Shown piece by piece: positions 11,242 to 22,954 of a stretch of DNA of 36,708 bases. Below the pieces are notes generated by a model, which worked only from the letters and a program-made list of their open reading frames with translations, did no database searches and was not told where the DNA came from. The first letter of the stretch is position 1. Every line of letters starts with the position of its first letter. The DNA is from Dimargaris cristalligena (lineage: Eukaryota). A program made the position numbers and the translations under genes. The stretch lies in contig ML002371.1 of the NCBI GenBank assembly GCA_003614675.1, forward strand, positions 1 to 36,708, given 5' to 3'.

Positions 11242-13228
11242 ATGGCCCTCCAATTCCAACTTCAGAAGATCCCTGAGGCCTCGCTTCGTCTTGGCCGCCT
11301 AAGTCTACGTGAAAGGTAATGAAGTGAGAAGGAAACCCCGAACCACAGAGTGCCCAACTCATTCACTCTGCCCACTGGAAACAGCGGGAAGCCATAGCCA
11401 CCCTCATGGGTCATTCCCTTAAATTGAGTTGTTCGATACTCATTTCCACCCCACTCGACATTCCCATGCACACACTCCGCTACCTTACTCTACTACGCCT
11501 AGTGCCCCAAAAACCGGGGTAGCTCGGGTTCTCGAGACCCCCACGTTTGTCGTAACCACGCAGCGAGGCACCGTTCCCCATTTGACAGCCGACAACGCCG
11601 ACCAGGTCAGTCCGGGTATTGTCACTATATTTGCCGAGCATCTGTAAGTAGAATCCAACGCCATTCCCCACCCCGTCCCCTATATATTTTCGATCAACCC
11701 TCCCCTCTGACTAGCTAGTCAACTAGGTCCATCATTTACCCTGATCCCGCTAACCCATATTTATTTCCCTATTCCTATGACCAGACTGGAGTATGTGCCC
11801 ACCCCCATCCTGGAGTCCGATCTCGACGGCCGTCGTTTCTTCAACATTAAGGTACGGTAATTCTAGGCCGGAACTAAAGCGATTCGTTGGATAGAAGGTG
11901 GTCGGCGCCATTAGAACCCCCCTGAAACAGCTGGGCTAATGCCCTGCAATTATGTACTCATTTCACTCGCAATTTACACTCTATCCAATCCCTCTAGAAT
12001 GACTGGATTATATTTGATGTCCGCGATCCGTCCAAAGAGCACAAGGCGAAGGACCACTCTAAAAAGATCTACCGTGCTGAAACGAGCGGCGGCGTGCGCC
12101 AAGTAAGCTTATATAAACCACCATTAATGCACCTTTCTGATATTGCACTAGAGTTATTGCAAGGGATTTCATGCCTAGACATGTGTTTTTACAAGTCACT
12201 AAACCTACTGACTCATTGTACATGATCTATTTTTTTTTAGATGACCCTTGACCAATATGTCACCCTGGCTCGCAAAATCCGCCCCGATGTGCTGGTGGCC
12301 CTGAGCGACGATCTCAACGGGCCTATGGAGTCTAAGGACCGGGTTCAAAAGTCCGTTTCCTGTACCCTCCACTGGCTCGATCAAATTCGCGAGGCTGACA
12401 CAGTAAGTAAGCTTTTGCTTTATGTGGCTGATGAATTATATTGCCTCTCGCCTCAAACTCCATCCCAATAATACATTATTCCGCCCGACTATGGCCGAAT
12501 TGGCGCGACGTTCTTGGGAAACTTGCTTTTATGCACGGGTTCGTTAACCGCCTTTCCTTTTTTACTGGTGATTATTATGATCCTGGAATATTTAGGGTGA
12601 TATGGGTATTCTAGCGACTCTTAAAGGGGCCCACCTGCTCGACCAACGCAAACACTCGGCCGAACAAACAGCGACCCGGGAAGCCGTTGACGGGTTTGTC
12701 CTTGATGATCTTCATTTCGCACCTTCAGCTCAGGCCCAACTCGATTGGATTAGCGCTTCCGTCGGACCCCTCCCCTCCGCCAAACCCCGCCTAGCCTACC
12801 TCATTCCGGGGCCCAACCGGGTCCTCGACAGCATTGACAAAGGTATTGACTTGTTTGATTCCGCGTACCCGCTGCAAATGACGGATGCCGGCCAGGCCAT
12901 TGCTTTCCGGTTCTCCGGGCCACCGTCGACTTCGTCGGAAGCCAAGGTAACCCCCGCACCGGCGGGTCTGGATCTCCACGACACGGTCTTCAAAAGCGAC
13001 ATGACCCCGCTCCAGGCGGGCTGCAGCTGTTTGACGTGCCGTAAATATACCCGTGCTTACGTCCACCATCTGCTGGTGACCAAGGAAATGCTGGCCAGTG
13101 TTCTACTGATAGTCCACAATTTGCAGACGTGGGGCGATTTTTTCGCAAAAATTAGAGGGACTCTCCAGGAGGGCCACTTTAGCCAGGCCCGGGAGCAGTT
13201 TCGCCAGTCCTACCCGGACTTACTTTAA
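11242..13228 (+). CDS. QTRT2: Queuine tRNA-ribosyltransferase accessory subunit, 6 exons, ~393 aa
   Basis: Exons 11242-11315, 11503-11643, 11785-11851, 11998-12102, 12241-12402 and 12596-13228 join in frame through GT-AG introns. Motifs: RLGRL, ETPTFVVTTQRGTVPHLT, GIDLFDSAYP, Zn site CSCLTC...RAYVHHLL..KEML, HNL. TSGGV stands where the catalytic subunit has DSGGF, indicating the accessory subunit. Confidence 0.9.
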
Positions 13229-14325
13229 TTCAGGCCCTTTACTTATGAATAGGATTGTGGGCTGGCTCTGGCTACGGATGGGCCTCAAATGCACCCTGGT
13301 CTTTTTCAATAGTAGAAAATCCGAGACCCCATGTCCCGGTTGGGCTTGTCTTGCTGTTAATAAAAAGATTTTTGAAACCAAATATTTAGTATTGAAACAG
13401 CCTAGGGTGCCCATCATGACCTATTTACATTGCTGGATTAGCTTGGGTTTGTACTATGGAAGCAGCTTAGGTAGTGGCTTTATTATTGAAGATCTGGACT
13501 CGGTTGACTTTAATAGCTGCGAGGTTTGTCATATTTAAACTGAAGGGGTGGGGGTAGAATTCAGGCTAGTATACAACCGTCAATTAGACCTTGGCCAATA
13601 TAACTAGTACATGGCTGTTAAAAGCCTGTCTAAAGGGATACAGAGATGCCAACTATTTAGAGGTTACCATTCAACATAATGCTACAGGCTGAAGTCGGAG
13701 TATACAGTTGGAATAGGGCTTTGCATGCCCTTCAAATGCTTGGACGGATTTTTAAACACCATCTTTTGGCATCCTTTCTCACCCATTGAGCTGGATGGAT
13801 GGTAGGGCCTTGAATTACTGAGAACCATTCATTGATTAAATGTCCTATTGCTAACCCCTACTAGGGGGCAGAGTAACCTAAAAGTAGAGTGACGGAGGGA
13901 CACCTCCCCTGCATTGTTAGGAGGGAGTTGGGGGGGTGGATGGGAGAGAGTGTTCCCGCCCGCCCAGGCTCAGCCAGTCTCGGGGACACATTGGTCTAGT
14001 CAAATAAGCATCACCAATCTTACTCCACACAACCTTTCCCCCGCTCCACGTCTCGCTCAGTCAACACTCGGCGGGCTGCTATTGGGTATGTTCGACTGCC
14101 CCAAATCCCCGCCGCTCTTTCAATCTCCCCCCAGCTTTACTGTGCGTATGCCCTTTGAGCACTAAACCAGGGGAAACTCCTTTCATCTCGTTTCATCTCC
14201 GACTGCATTCTTGGTCTTTCTCATCTCTCCCCCCTATTCCTAATATTGGCCTTTGGTAGCTGCCGCACATTCCCACTTCGTTTCTTTTTACTATTGACTA
14301 CTCTAGCCCTGCCTTCATCTATATA

Positions 14326-14364
14326 GCCTAGCCTAGTCTAGCCCAGTCCAGTCCAGTCCAGTCC
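14326..14364. repeat. Pentamer microsatellite (GCCTA/CCAGT)n upstream of SEC23
   Basis: gcctagcctagtctagcccagtccagtccagtccagtcc read directly. Confidence 0.8.
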
Positions 14365-14410
14365 AACCCAATCTCTCCTTAACTGCTCTATCTCTCCCCT
14401 AGCGCTCACC

Positions 14411-16690
14411 ATGAATTTCGAGGAAATCGAGGATAGAGACGGAATCCGCTTCGCCTGGAATGTCTTCCCCAGCACCAAGGCCGAGGCCACCCGCATGGTC
14501 ATCCCCGTGTCTTGCCTGTACACTCCCCTGAAAGAACGCGAAGATGCCGCTCCCATCCACTACGAACCTGTCACCTGTCGCCCGCCCTGCAAGGCCATTC
14601 TGAATCCCTATTGCCAAATCGACGTGCGGAGTAAGGTCTGGATTTGCCCCTTCTGCCTCCAGCGCAACCAACTGCCACCCCAGTATAAGGACATCACCAA
14701 TACTAATCTGCCCGCCGAGCTCCTGCCCAAATACACCACCGTGGAATATACCCTGAACCGTACCTCCCCCGTGCCGCCCGTCTTCCTGTTCGTCGTCGAT
14801 ACCTGCCTCGATGAAGATAACCTAAAGGCCCTGAAGGACGCCCTCTTTGTCAGTCTGAGCCTTATTCCTAATAATGCCCTGGTGGGTCTAGTAACCTACG
14901 GACATAATGTGCAAGTGTTCGAGTTGGGCTATTCGGCCTGTCCCAAGTCGTATGTATTCGACGGTTCCAAGGATTATAGTTTGAAGCAGATCCAGGAAAT
15001 GTTCGGCCTGACCAGCCTAGTCAACCCGAGCCAGCAGCAACCCGGCCGCCCTCCCCTCCAGGCCGCCGGCGCCCTCAACCGGTTTATCCAGCCCTTCGAC
15101 CAGTGTGAATTTATGCTGACCTCCATTTTGGAACAGCTACAGCAGGACCCGTGGCCCACGGAGGCCGGCAAGCGCGCCAGTCGCTGTACCGGCTCGGCCC
15201 TCAATGTGGCTATTGGTCTGATGGAGAGTGCCTTCCCCAACCAGGGTGCCCGGATTACCTTGTTCACCGGGGGTGCCGCCACCAACGGTCCCGGCCAGGT
15301 AGTGGGTCTGGCCCTCCGCGAAACCATGCGTTCCCACCACGATATGGAGAAGGATGCCGCGCCCTACGTCAAAAAGGCCACCCGGTTCTACGAAGGCCTG
15401 GCCAAGCGGGCGGCTAATGCCTGCCACGCCATTGATGTTTTCGTGGGTAGTCTCGACCAGGTCGGGGCCCATGAAATGAAGAGCCTCACCAATTTTACGG
15501 GGGGCCATATGGTACTTTCCGATTCCTTCAATACGGCCATCTTCAAGCAGAGTTTCCACTTGACCCTCAACAAGGACGGCCAGGGTAAACTGGCCTCCGG
15601 ATTTAATGCCACCATGGACGTCCTCACGACCAAGGAACTAAAGATATGTGGTCTAATTGGTCACGCCGTGTCGGCTGAGCGCAAGTCGGCTAACATCAGT
15701 GATACGGAAATCGGTATCGGCAACACCTCGGCCTGGAAATTCTGCGGTCTAACCCCGCGGTCTTCGTACGCCGTCTATTTCGACGTGGCGAACCAACAGA
15801 GCCAGGCCCTACAGCCCGGCTCGCGGGCCGTGATTCAGTTTATCACCCACTACCAGGACTCCGTGAACCGCTACCGTCTGCGGGTGACCACCGTTGCCCG
15901 TAACTGGGCCGAAGGGCGTAGTCCGGAAATTCCTGCGTCGTTCGACCAGGAAGCGGCAGCGGTGCTCATGGCGCGCATCGCCACGTTCAAGTCTGAGATC
16001 GACGACGGCCCCGATGTGCTCCGCTGGTTGGATCGCACCCTTATTCGCCTGTGCCAGCGGTTCGCTGAATTCCGCAAGGACGATTCGGGGTCCTTCCGGT
16101 TGGCGCCCAACTTTTCCATTTACCCGCAGTTCATGTTCCACCTGCGGCGGAGTCAGTTCCTCCAGGTCTTCAACAACAGTCCGGACGAAACGGCCTTTTA
16201 CCGTCACGTCTTTAATACCGAGGACTGCAATAACACGCTGATTATGATCCAGCCCACGCTGATGTCCTACGGGTTCGATACTCCGCCGACGCCGGTGCTG
16301 CTGGACTCGGTATCGATTAAACCGGATGTGATTCTCCTGCTGGATACGTTCTTCCACATTCTCATCTGGCACGGTGAAACCATCGCCCAGTGGCGTAAGG
16401 CGGGGTTCCAAGACCAACCCGACTACGAGAACTTCAAACTGCTGCTGGAGGCGCCCCAGAGTGAGGCCCAGGAATTGTTGGTCGACCGCTTCCCCGTGCC
16501 CCGGTACATCGTCTGTGACCAAGGGGGTTCGCAGGCCCGGTTCTTGCTCACGAAACTCAACCCGTCCACGACCCACATGACCGGGAGCCAGTACGGAGTG
16601 CCGTCCGAACAGGCCGTGTTGACCGAAGACGTGAGTTTGCAGGTGTTTATGGAGCACCTTATCAAACTTACTGTAACGGGTTCATCTTAA
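14411..16690 (+). CDS. SEC23: COPII coat GTPase-activating subunit Sec23, 759 aa, no coding introns
   Basis: [21 protein letters not shown]-terminus, zinc finger ([17 protein letters not shown]), [11 protein letters not shown] trunk domain, [12 protein letters not shown], and QGGSQARFL with the GAP arginine. Confidence 0.99.
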   Translation: MNFEEIEDRDGIRFAWNVFPSTKAEATRMVIPVSCLYTPLKEREDAAPIHYEPVTCRPPCKAILNPYCQIDVRSKVWICPFCLQRNQLPPQYKDITNTNLPAELLPKYTTVEYTLNRTSPVPPVFLFVVDTCLDEDNLKALKDALFVSLSLIPNNALVGLVTYGHNVQVFELGYSACPKSYVFDGSKDYSLKQIQEMFGLTSLVNPSQQQPGRPPLQAAGALNRFIQPFDQCEFMLTSILEQLQQDPWPTEAGKRASRCTGSALNVAIGLMESAFPNQGARITLFTGGAATNGPGQVVGLALRETMRSHHDMEKDAAPYVKKATRFYEGLAKRAANACHAIDVFVGSLDQVGAHEMKSLTNFTGGHMVLSDSFNTAIFKQSFHLTLNKDGQGKLASGFNATMDVLTTKELKICGLIGHAVSAERKSANISDTEIGIGNTSAWKFCGLTPRSSYAVYFDVANQQSQALQPGSRAVIQFITHYQDSVNRYRLRVTTVARNWAEGRSPEIPASFDQEAAAVLMARIATFKSEIDDGPDVLRWLDRTLIRLCQRFAEFRKDDSGSFRLAPNFSIYPQFMFHLRRSQFLQVFNNSPDETAFYRHVFNTEDCNNTLIMIQPTLMSYGFDTPPTPVLLDSVSIKPDVILLLDTFFHILIWHGETIAQWRKAGFQDQPDYENFKLLLEAPQSEAQELLVDRFPVPRYIVCDQGGSQARFLLTKLNPSTTHMTGSQYGVPSEQAVLTEDVSLQVFMEHLIKLTVTGSS

Positions 16691-16853
16691 AGGTTAAGTG
16701 TCTGCGTGTGTGTGTGTCTGTGTGTGTATAGCAACGGTTTTTTATTTCTTCTACGATTTTGAAAAGGACCTACGAACCATTACTGCGTGGCATTAAATGG
16801 TTTTCCGACCCATCCAACTCTCCCCTTTTTTGGCCAATATAAATAAAACATTG

Positions 16854-16858
16854 CTCTT

Positions 16859-16892
<34 letters not shown>
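16854..16892. repeat. Compound (CT)n(AT)n microsatellite
   Basis: ctctctctctctctctctatatatatatatata read directly; a (TG)n tract also lies at ~16706-16727. Confidence 0.85.
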
Positions 16893-18703
16893 CGTGAGTA
16901 TGTGTGCATTTATATGAATGCCCTACGAGACCATGGTTTTACAAAGTCCAACGTTTCCATAAATATTATCAAATACTCAATATCTCAGCTTGCATAAGCA
17001 TATTCGTATACTCTAAGGTTTGCTCTCGTGAAGGTTTTGCGCATGTTGGTGACAATGCCTACCCAGTTTTACAGCATTAATGGGCCACCAGATGCTATTT
17101 GGATGATTTGAGGTCCAAGGGGTATAATTAATTCATCGAAATGGGGTAAAGGTTGGCGGAAATTGCTGCATCACCCCTATTTGAAGAATTTTAAGCCACA
17201 TTGTTTTTGTGGGACACAAAGCCGACATCTACTTACCGGTTTACGTTGGTGCATTGTTCTCCGATCCGACGAGGTGTTTATTAGTAATATCTAAACATGG
17301 GGAATGTGCGACTTTTCGGCTATTCGACAGCAATACTGGCGTTAACAGACCAACTAGACAACCTAGTTCAGGACACCGCCCATCTCCATCTATTAATGCA
17401 TAAAAATAAACTCTAACTCATACCATTGTGGCGATTTTGCCTTATTGTTTACTAACCCTCTGAAAGGATTCACAATACACCACCAGATCTGAGCGAGTCT
17501 CGCCTATAAATACACAAAGGACAATACAATAAGGAGAGTGACCCACAAGCTTGAGTACACAGTCTCATGCTCACTGAGCCCATAGGGACAGGTCCGCTGA
17601 TGCCGGTTACAAGGTAGGATGGTCACAAGTAGCACCGTTGACATGCTTATGGAAATAAGAAGTAAACAATCCTCGGGTTGATGGACCAGAAGAACCCGTG
17701 GGTGGCCTATTGTATTCGGAATTCCGAAGGATTAGCTATATAGTCATGATGTTGCTAAATAGGAGGAAAATCTAATGATCAAATTGGGGGTGGATTATGT
17801 ATTAGATATGTGCTCATTGGTATTTACCGATATTCCCTAATATTCAGATATGACGATGGCCCGCCCCTAACTAACCGGTCTATTCATTACTTCCCCCCCC
17901 CCCCCCAATGTGCTTCCATCGGTGGATGGAGTTGGTAGGGGTGCCGTGGACTGTGGTGGCATTGCCGGTTCTCTAGCTGTCGATGTGATTATATTTACCT
18001 CTAAAACCCCCGTGTGTTTGGCCAACCTCTGGGTAAATCACAGTAGTTGCCATTCCAATGATGCGCACCACCACCACCCCTGTCGCCCTCGACACCTTCC
18101 CCCTTTTCAACTCCAAGAGCAGGCGTGAGGAGGACTTCAAGAGCTTCCCCCCAGGAACATCGGTGAATAGCGCAGTTTTTATTAGATGAGCCCATACTAG
18201 TTTCCCTAATGCCTGGCTGATGGGGTAAATACAAGTAAATAAGCGAGCATCAATCAATCTGGTGGATCGACCGGCGGAGTCGGCCTTCCGTACATGGGGT
18301 TGTACAGGGGGCTGGCTGCGTTGGTTTACTAGGTCAGAAGGCACAGTGTGCATTGTCCGCTCACTCGTCCTAACCCTTCTCCTTTATGCCACTTCGAGCC
18401 TAATCAGTGGGCCCGCCGGAACGAATGTAGGCCGTTTGGAATACTACTGAAAACAAATCCAGTCCTATTCACTCCTCGCCCGTCGATGTTTGGAAGCCGG
18501 CCCATAAATCTAGATATACGTATATATACTCGTCCCCGTCGCCGGCAGTCATTAACTTACCTTTTTCTACTATCATTTGTCGGCTTAGCTCCTTTCTTGT
18601 AACTCTTTCGAAGTCATTTACCACTTTATAGCGACGCTTAATCTGAGCCTGATTCAGCCCCTCCCCCCGAATTCCGACCCGCTTCGTCTTCCCAAAAATT
18701 ACG

Positions 18704-19345
18704 ATGCGGTTTACTTTGGCCACCGTGCTTGCCGTATGGGCAACTGCCCAGTCCATCGTTGCGGCGGCCCCGACATCATCGATCCACGAACTGACCGAAA
18801 CCCAGCTCCGCAACGCTGTCCCCAAGGCCTGTGTGGTCTCGGCCACCAAGGCCGAATGTTCCCCACCCAGCAAGGCGGTCGGCCTCCTCAACGCCTCCTT
18901 CAAGAAATACGACATTGCTTCCGTGGGCCAACAGGCCGCCCTCATCGCGCTGATGAATTTCGAGAGCGGCGGTTTCACCTACAAGACCAACCTCAACCCG
19001 GCCAACCACGGGCAGGGCACTTACAGCCAGATGCAATTCCCGGCCATCGACAGCTACGTCCAATCGATCCCGGCCCTAAAAACGGACTATGCCGCGCTCA
19101 AGGCGGCTAATATGCCCGAGGACCAGTTCAAGGATGCGGTGCTGAAATTGGCCAATCGCGACGAGTATGTGTTCGGGGCCGCGGCCTGGTACTTGAAGGA
19201 GTCGGGCAAATGCAAGCAGGATGTATGGGATGCGTTGAACCAGGCGACCGATGCCGGGTTCGTCAAGTATATTCAGTGCATTAATACCGACCCTGGCCCA
19301 CGCATGGACAACTGGCACTCCGCCATCCAAGCCCTCAAGGCGTAA
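18704..19345 (+). CDS. Secreted protein, lysozyme-like/GH19 chitinase-like fold (putative), 213 aa
   Basis: Signal peptide MRFTLATVLAVWATAQSIVAA. QAALIALMNFESGGF resembles the GH19 AAFLA..HESGG catalytic-Glu helix, followed by GQGTYSQMQ and AAAWY. Strong GC3 codon bias. The CDS is secure; the family call is tentative. Confidence 0.7.
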   Translation: MRFTLATVLAVWATAQSIVAAAPTSSIHELTETQLRNAVPKACVVSATKAECSPPSKAVGLLNASFKKYDIASVGQQAALIALMNFESGGFTYKTNLNPANHGQGTYSQMQFPAIDSYVQSIPALKTDYAALKAANMPEDQFKDAVLKLANRDEYVFGAAAWYLKESGKCKQDVWDALNQATDAGFVKYIQCINTDPGPRMDNWHSAIQALKA

Positions 19346-20306
19346 TAGGTGAAGGGGTGTGACTCTGCAGCCTTACTCCCCTTATTATATACCTCCCCCC
19401 CTCATTTCACAACTCTCCTCCTCAGATATGCACCTATATTCCTCTTTTAATTCTACTGTGTCTCCTAGGTGTATGGGGAACTCCACCCGCGACACTGTCC
19501 ACTACATCCATGAAAACGGCTGCCTTGTTTTTTATTTAGTCACCTGTAAAATTTTTAACCCTACCCATGCGCCACCCGGCGTTGTGTACCTCGTCAATAA
19601 ATCATTTCCAAGCCCTACATTGGGCGTATGTTATCCGAAATTGGCTGTATATCAGTCCAGAATTTCAGATAAATGAATGGATATTTCGACTACTGTCATC
19701 GCAGTGTTGGGAGCACCCAGACCAAGTCGTAGTCCCTTCCTGTATCCTATATAGCCATCTAATATTTCTGGGGAAGAGGTCTGTTCCAGCCGAATAATAG
19801 CAACTAGACATGTCTTGGTTGGGCCTAACTAGCCAAAGGATAATTGGCATTTGTGACCAGCCTTAGTTTTATTTCGTTTCATTTTGTTTAAAAGAATATT
19901 CAATTATATGAGTATGGCGGTGGCTTGACCAATTCCAAGGATGGCCAATTTTGTCTGTTGTGGTCCCCCTGTAGTACCCAGCCCGCCAAACCAGCGGTGT
20001 CTCTCGCAGTAGATGGTTGGCGACGATTGTTCAAGAAGGCCTATGGTATTCCCCAATTGGTAGCACCACAGTCCACTTGGACTGACAAAGGGAACCGAGC
20101 TGAGGCACCTGCCATTAATCCACGGGTTTCTCTCTCTGACAACCGGAAAATTGGGAGGTGCGCTGGTAGGTAATGGGCTGGCCTTACTTATTCACCAAGC
20201 CATTCCATAAATAGCCGAGTGCAATCATAGGCTCTCTAGTCTTGGTCAAATATTCTATATTAGCCTCCCTTTGCTCCCTCGTCCTTGGCACTGTTTGGCA
20301 TCCCCT

Positions 20307-20309
<3 letters not shown>

Positions 20310-20339
<30 letters not shown>
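20310..20339. repeat. (AT)n microsatellite
   Basis: About 15 AT units read directly. Confidence 0.9.
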
Positions 20340-20341
<2 letters not shown>

Positions 20342-20776
20342 CATGGGTCGGCTCCGTCTCTGCCATAGTCTATCGGTATTTTTCTTTTGGCTTTTGCAAT
20401 TCCCCGTTGAATTGCGATGGCTTTTGCAGATGGAATTTCACCCTTTTTAGCTCCCAATCTCGGACCATTTAGCGAGACTCGGCCGCTGAGTAACCGCATC
20501 CCAATATCGCACCCCTCCGTTTTCGCTATAGCTATAGAACTCCAAAGGGAAAGCAGTATTTTCCTACGCAACTGTGCCATCGGCATTTATAGGCAAGATT
20601 GGCGGCGGGGTGACTCTCTCCCCTCACAGTTCCTAGGCCTAGGCATTTTCCCAGTGAGTGAGTCAGTGAGAGAAACTGAGGGATTTTTTTGGGGGGGGCC
20701 ATCATTTTTCTATTCTATTCTATTCTGTTTTTGTCTTTATTGTCTCTCCCTCTCAGGTGCTCTTTTATTCACCCTA

Positions 20777-22954
20777 ATGATAGCCATACCTGGAGTGGGC
20801 GTGGGTCGCGGGGTCACTTCCCCACGTCTCCATAGAAACGTCCGTGGCTTGGCTGCCACTGCTGCTGCGTCGCCGGGGTTGCCATCACGCTTAGCTATCT
20901 TACTTTGGCTGAGTGTCCAGGTGGTATTCACCTCCTTAGTCCTTTGTTCAACTCCCCCGATTACTACTACTGCTACTACTCCATCTACTTTATCCTCCGC
21001 TGCGGCCATGTCCGAGTCTATCCCGGCCATTTACACCCCTCCTGATTCACCCCCCGAAGAAGGGGTCCCTTTCCCGACTCTCGCGTCTTATACCACCACC
21101 CAACCCAGTAGTGGCGGCGGCGGCAGCTCCGCCCGTTCGCTTAATCCCGAAGGCCAGGTGGCCGGCCACGGTGACACCATTTCGGTCAATGACGAGAACA
21201 GCCTCGTGAAGCGCACCTACCAACAGGAGAAGGCCTTCTACGAAAGCCTACACGAAGACCCCGAGCTCCGGGACTTTGTCCCGCGCCTCTACGATATTAG
21301 CACCTACCCCGGCCCACCACCCGGTACCAAAGTGTCCCTATGGAAAGCCATCAAGGCTGCCTATATCAAAAGGTTCCGCCCCAAACGCGACAAGAAGTAC
21401 GTTATAACTATTGAGAATTTGACGCGCCCTTTCCGTTCGCCGTCCGTGCTGGATTTAAAGCTGGGCAGCCGGCTGTACGAGGACGACGCCTCCCCGATTA
21501 AGAAATTACGCATGTCGGCTATTTCGCGCATCACCACATCGTTCAAACTAGGGATTGCTATCAGTGGTATGCGGGTAAGTAGTACCCTCTCTAAGTACTC
21601 TTTCCCCAACTGGGCCTGGCGGGGTATCGTTTATGCATTTATTTATTTTAAAAAAGGCTCTTATTACCCCTTACTTTCCTTGTGGGTCTGCTTAATTACT
21701 GTGGCCCCCCTGACCTGCGAACGGTCTGTGTCGATAATCGGCATCGGCTTGGATCCGCTATTTTCTATTATTGCCACTGAATTGTCGGCAGTTGTAACCA
21801 GTTTTCGTTCATTTCCAATTTCTCTGATGTCACCGCAACATGGCAGTGTTATCCATCCAAATATTACTGGTTGAACGATGATGTCATGGAAGCTGGATGG
21901 GATGAACTTTTCCCCCAATGGTCCCACCTCCGTCTAACCTATAGCCATTGCTTATTTATTAACTCAGTGCGCATCACCATTTACCCCTATATCCCGCCCA
22001 CACTACCTACTACCTCACTCCCACTCTCACTAATAGGTTTTCGACCCGAGTATCAATGATTTCCAAAAATACAGCAAGTCCTTCGGCAAGAAACAGACCA
22101 CCCGAACCCTGCCCGTCGCCTTTTCCCGATTCTTCCCGGCTGCTTTTCCTGTCGAATACCGGCGTTGGCTCGTCCAATGGTTTTTGACCCGAGTGGACCA
22201 ACTGGCGGCAGTCTTGGCCACCAAGGAACTCCGCATTGTGGGCGGGTCTTTGCTATTCGTTTACGAAGGCGATCTAGTGGCGTGGGCCAAATGGATGGGA
22301 TCCTCGCCATCGGGTGGACCTTGTGATACCGCCGCGTATGGTCCACCGACTCCGCCGTCGCTATCGAGGGCGACCTCGCTGACGTCATCCTTGTCATCGC
22401 TGGATAGCGGCGTCTCAGTCAATCAGCCCAGCCTGGGCCAGCGGAGTTTTAATACAGTGGAGTCGTTATCATTCTGGCCCGACCTTGAAGGTCGCCCTTA
22501 CGATCGGCCAACCTCGCCCACGTTTACCTTCCCCAAGGCCAAATCACCGGAGCGCCACTCTTTTCCCGCCTCCGTGAACAGCCGCCATCCGATGAATACC
22601 CCCCCTCACCCGGCCTATCCATCGGGTTCGGAGTACCTGGACCCCCGGAGTGCCGCTGCTCGACAGACCCAGCTGCGGAGATCCTTAAGCGACAGTGTTT
22701 ACTCCATGCGATCCCCCGGTCGTCGGCGGTTAAATACGAACCTGGATCCCGCCTCGGGGGATTCTTACAAAGTGTGTGCTGACGATGTACTGCCCGAAGA
22801 CCTATTCGACATTCGCCTGATCGATTTTGCCCATGCCAAATGGACGCCAGGTCAAGGACCCGATACCCGACTGTTGGATGGGCTTCAAAGCGCCCGGGAA
22901 TTATTGGCCGATTATTTCGAATCCATCAGTGAGCCTCCCGTGAGCAAATACTGA
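20777..22954 (+). CDS. Inositol polyphosphate kinase (IPK family, IPMK/Arg82-like), 2 coding exons
   Basis: Exon 20777-21574 (or starting at ATG 21008) joins exon 22037-22954 in frame; the intron runs GTAAGT...CTAATAG. Motifs: QVAGH, EKAFYE, IENLT..F..PSVLDLKLG (PxxxDxKxG), TSFKLGIAISGMRV, GGSLLFVYEGD, IRLIDFAHA, D..LLDGL. Length is 571 aa, or 494 aa from the downstream ATG. Confidence 0.9.

Noticed and set aside
15809-16657. 282-aa antisense ORF inside SEC23, and similar shadow ORFs at 7312-8025, 6337-6846, 2026-2466 and 35045-36136
   Set aside because: Expected by-product of GC3-biased codon usage on the coding strand; no recognisable motifs.
20417-21874. 485-aa track ORF read as a multi-TM kinase
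   Set aside because: The hydrophobic C-terminal part is read-through of the intron starting at 21575, and the first ~120 codons include a probable UTR intron.
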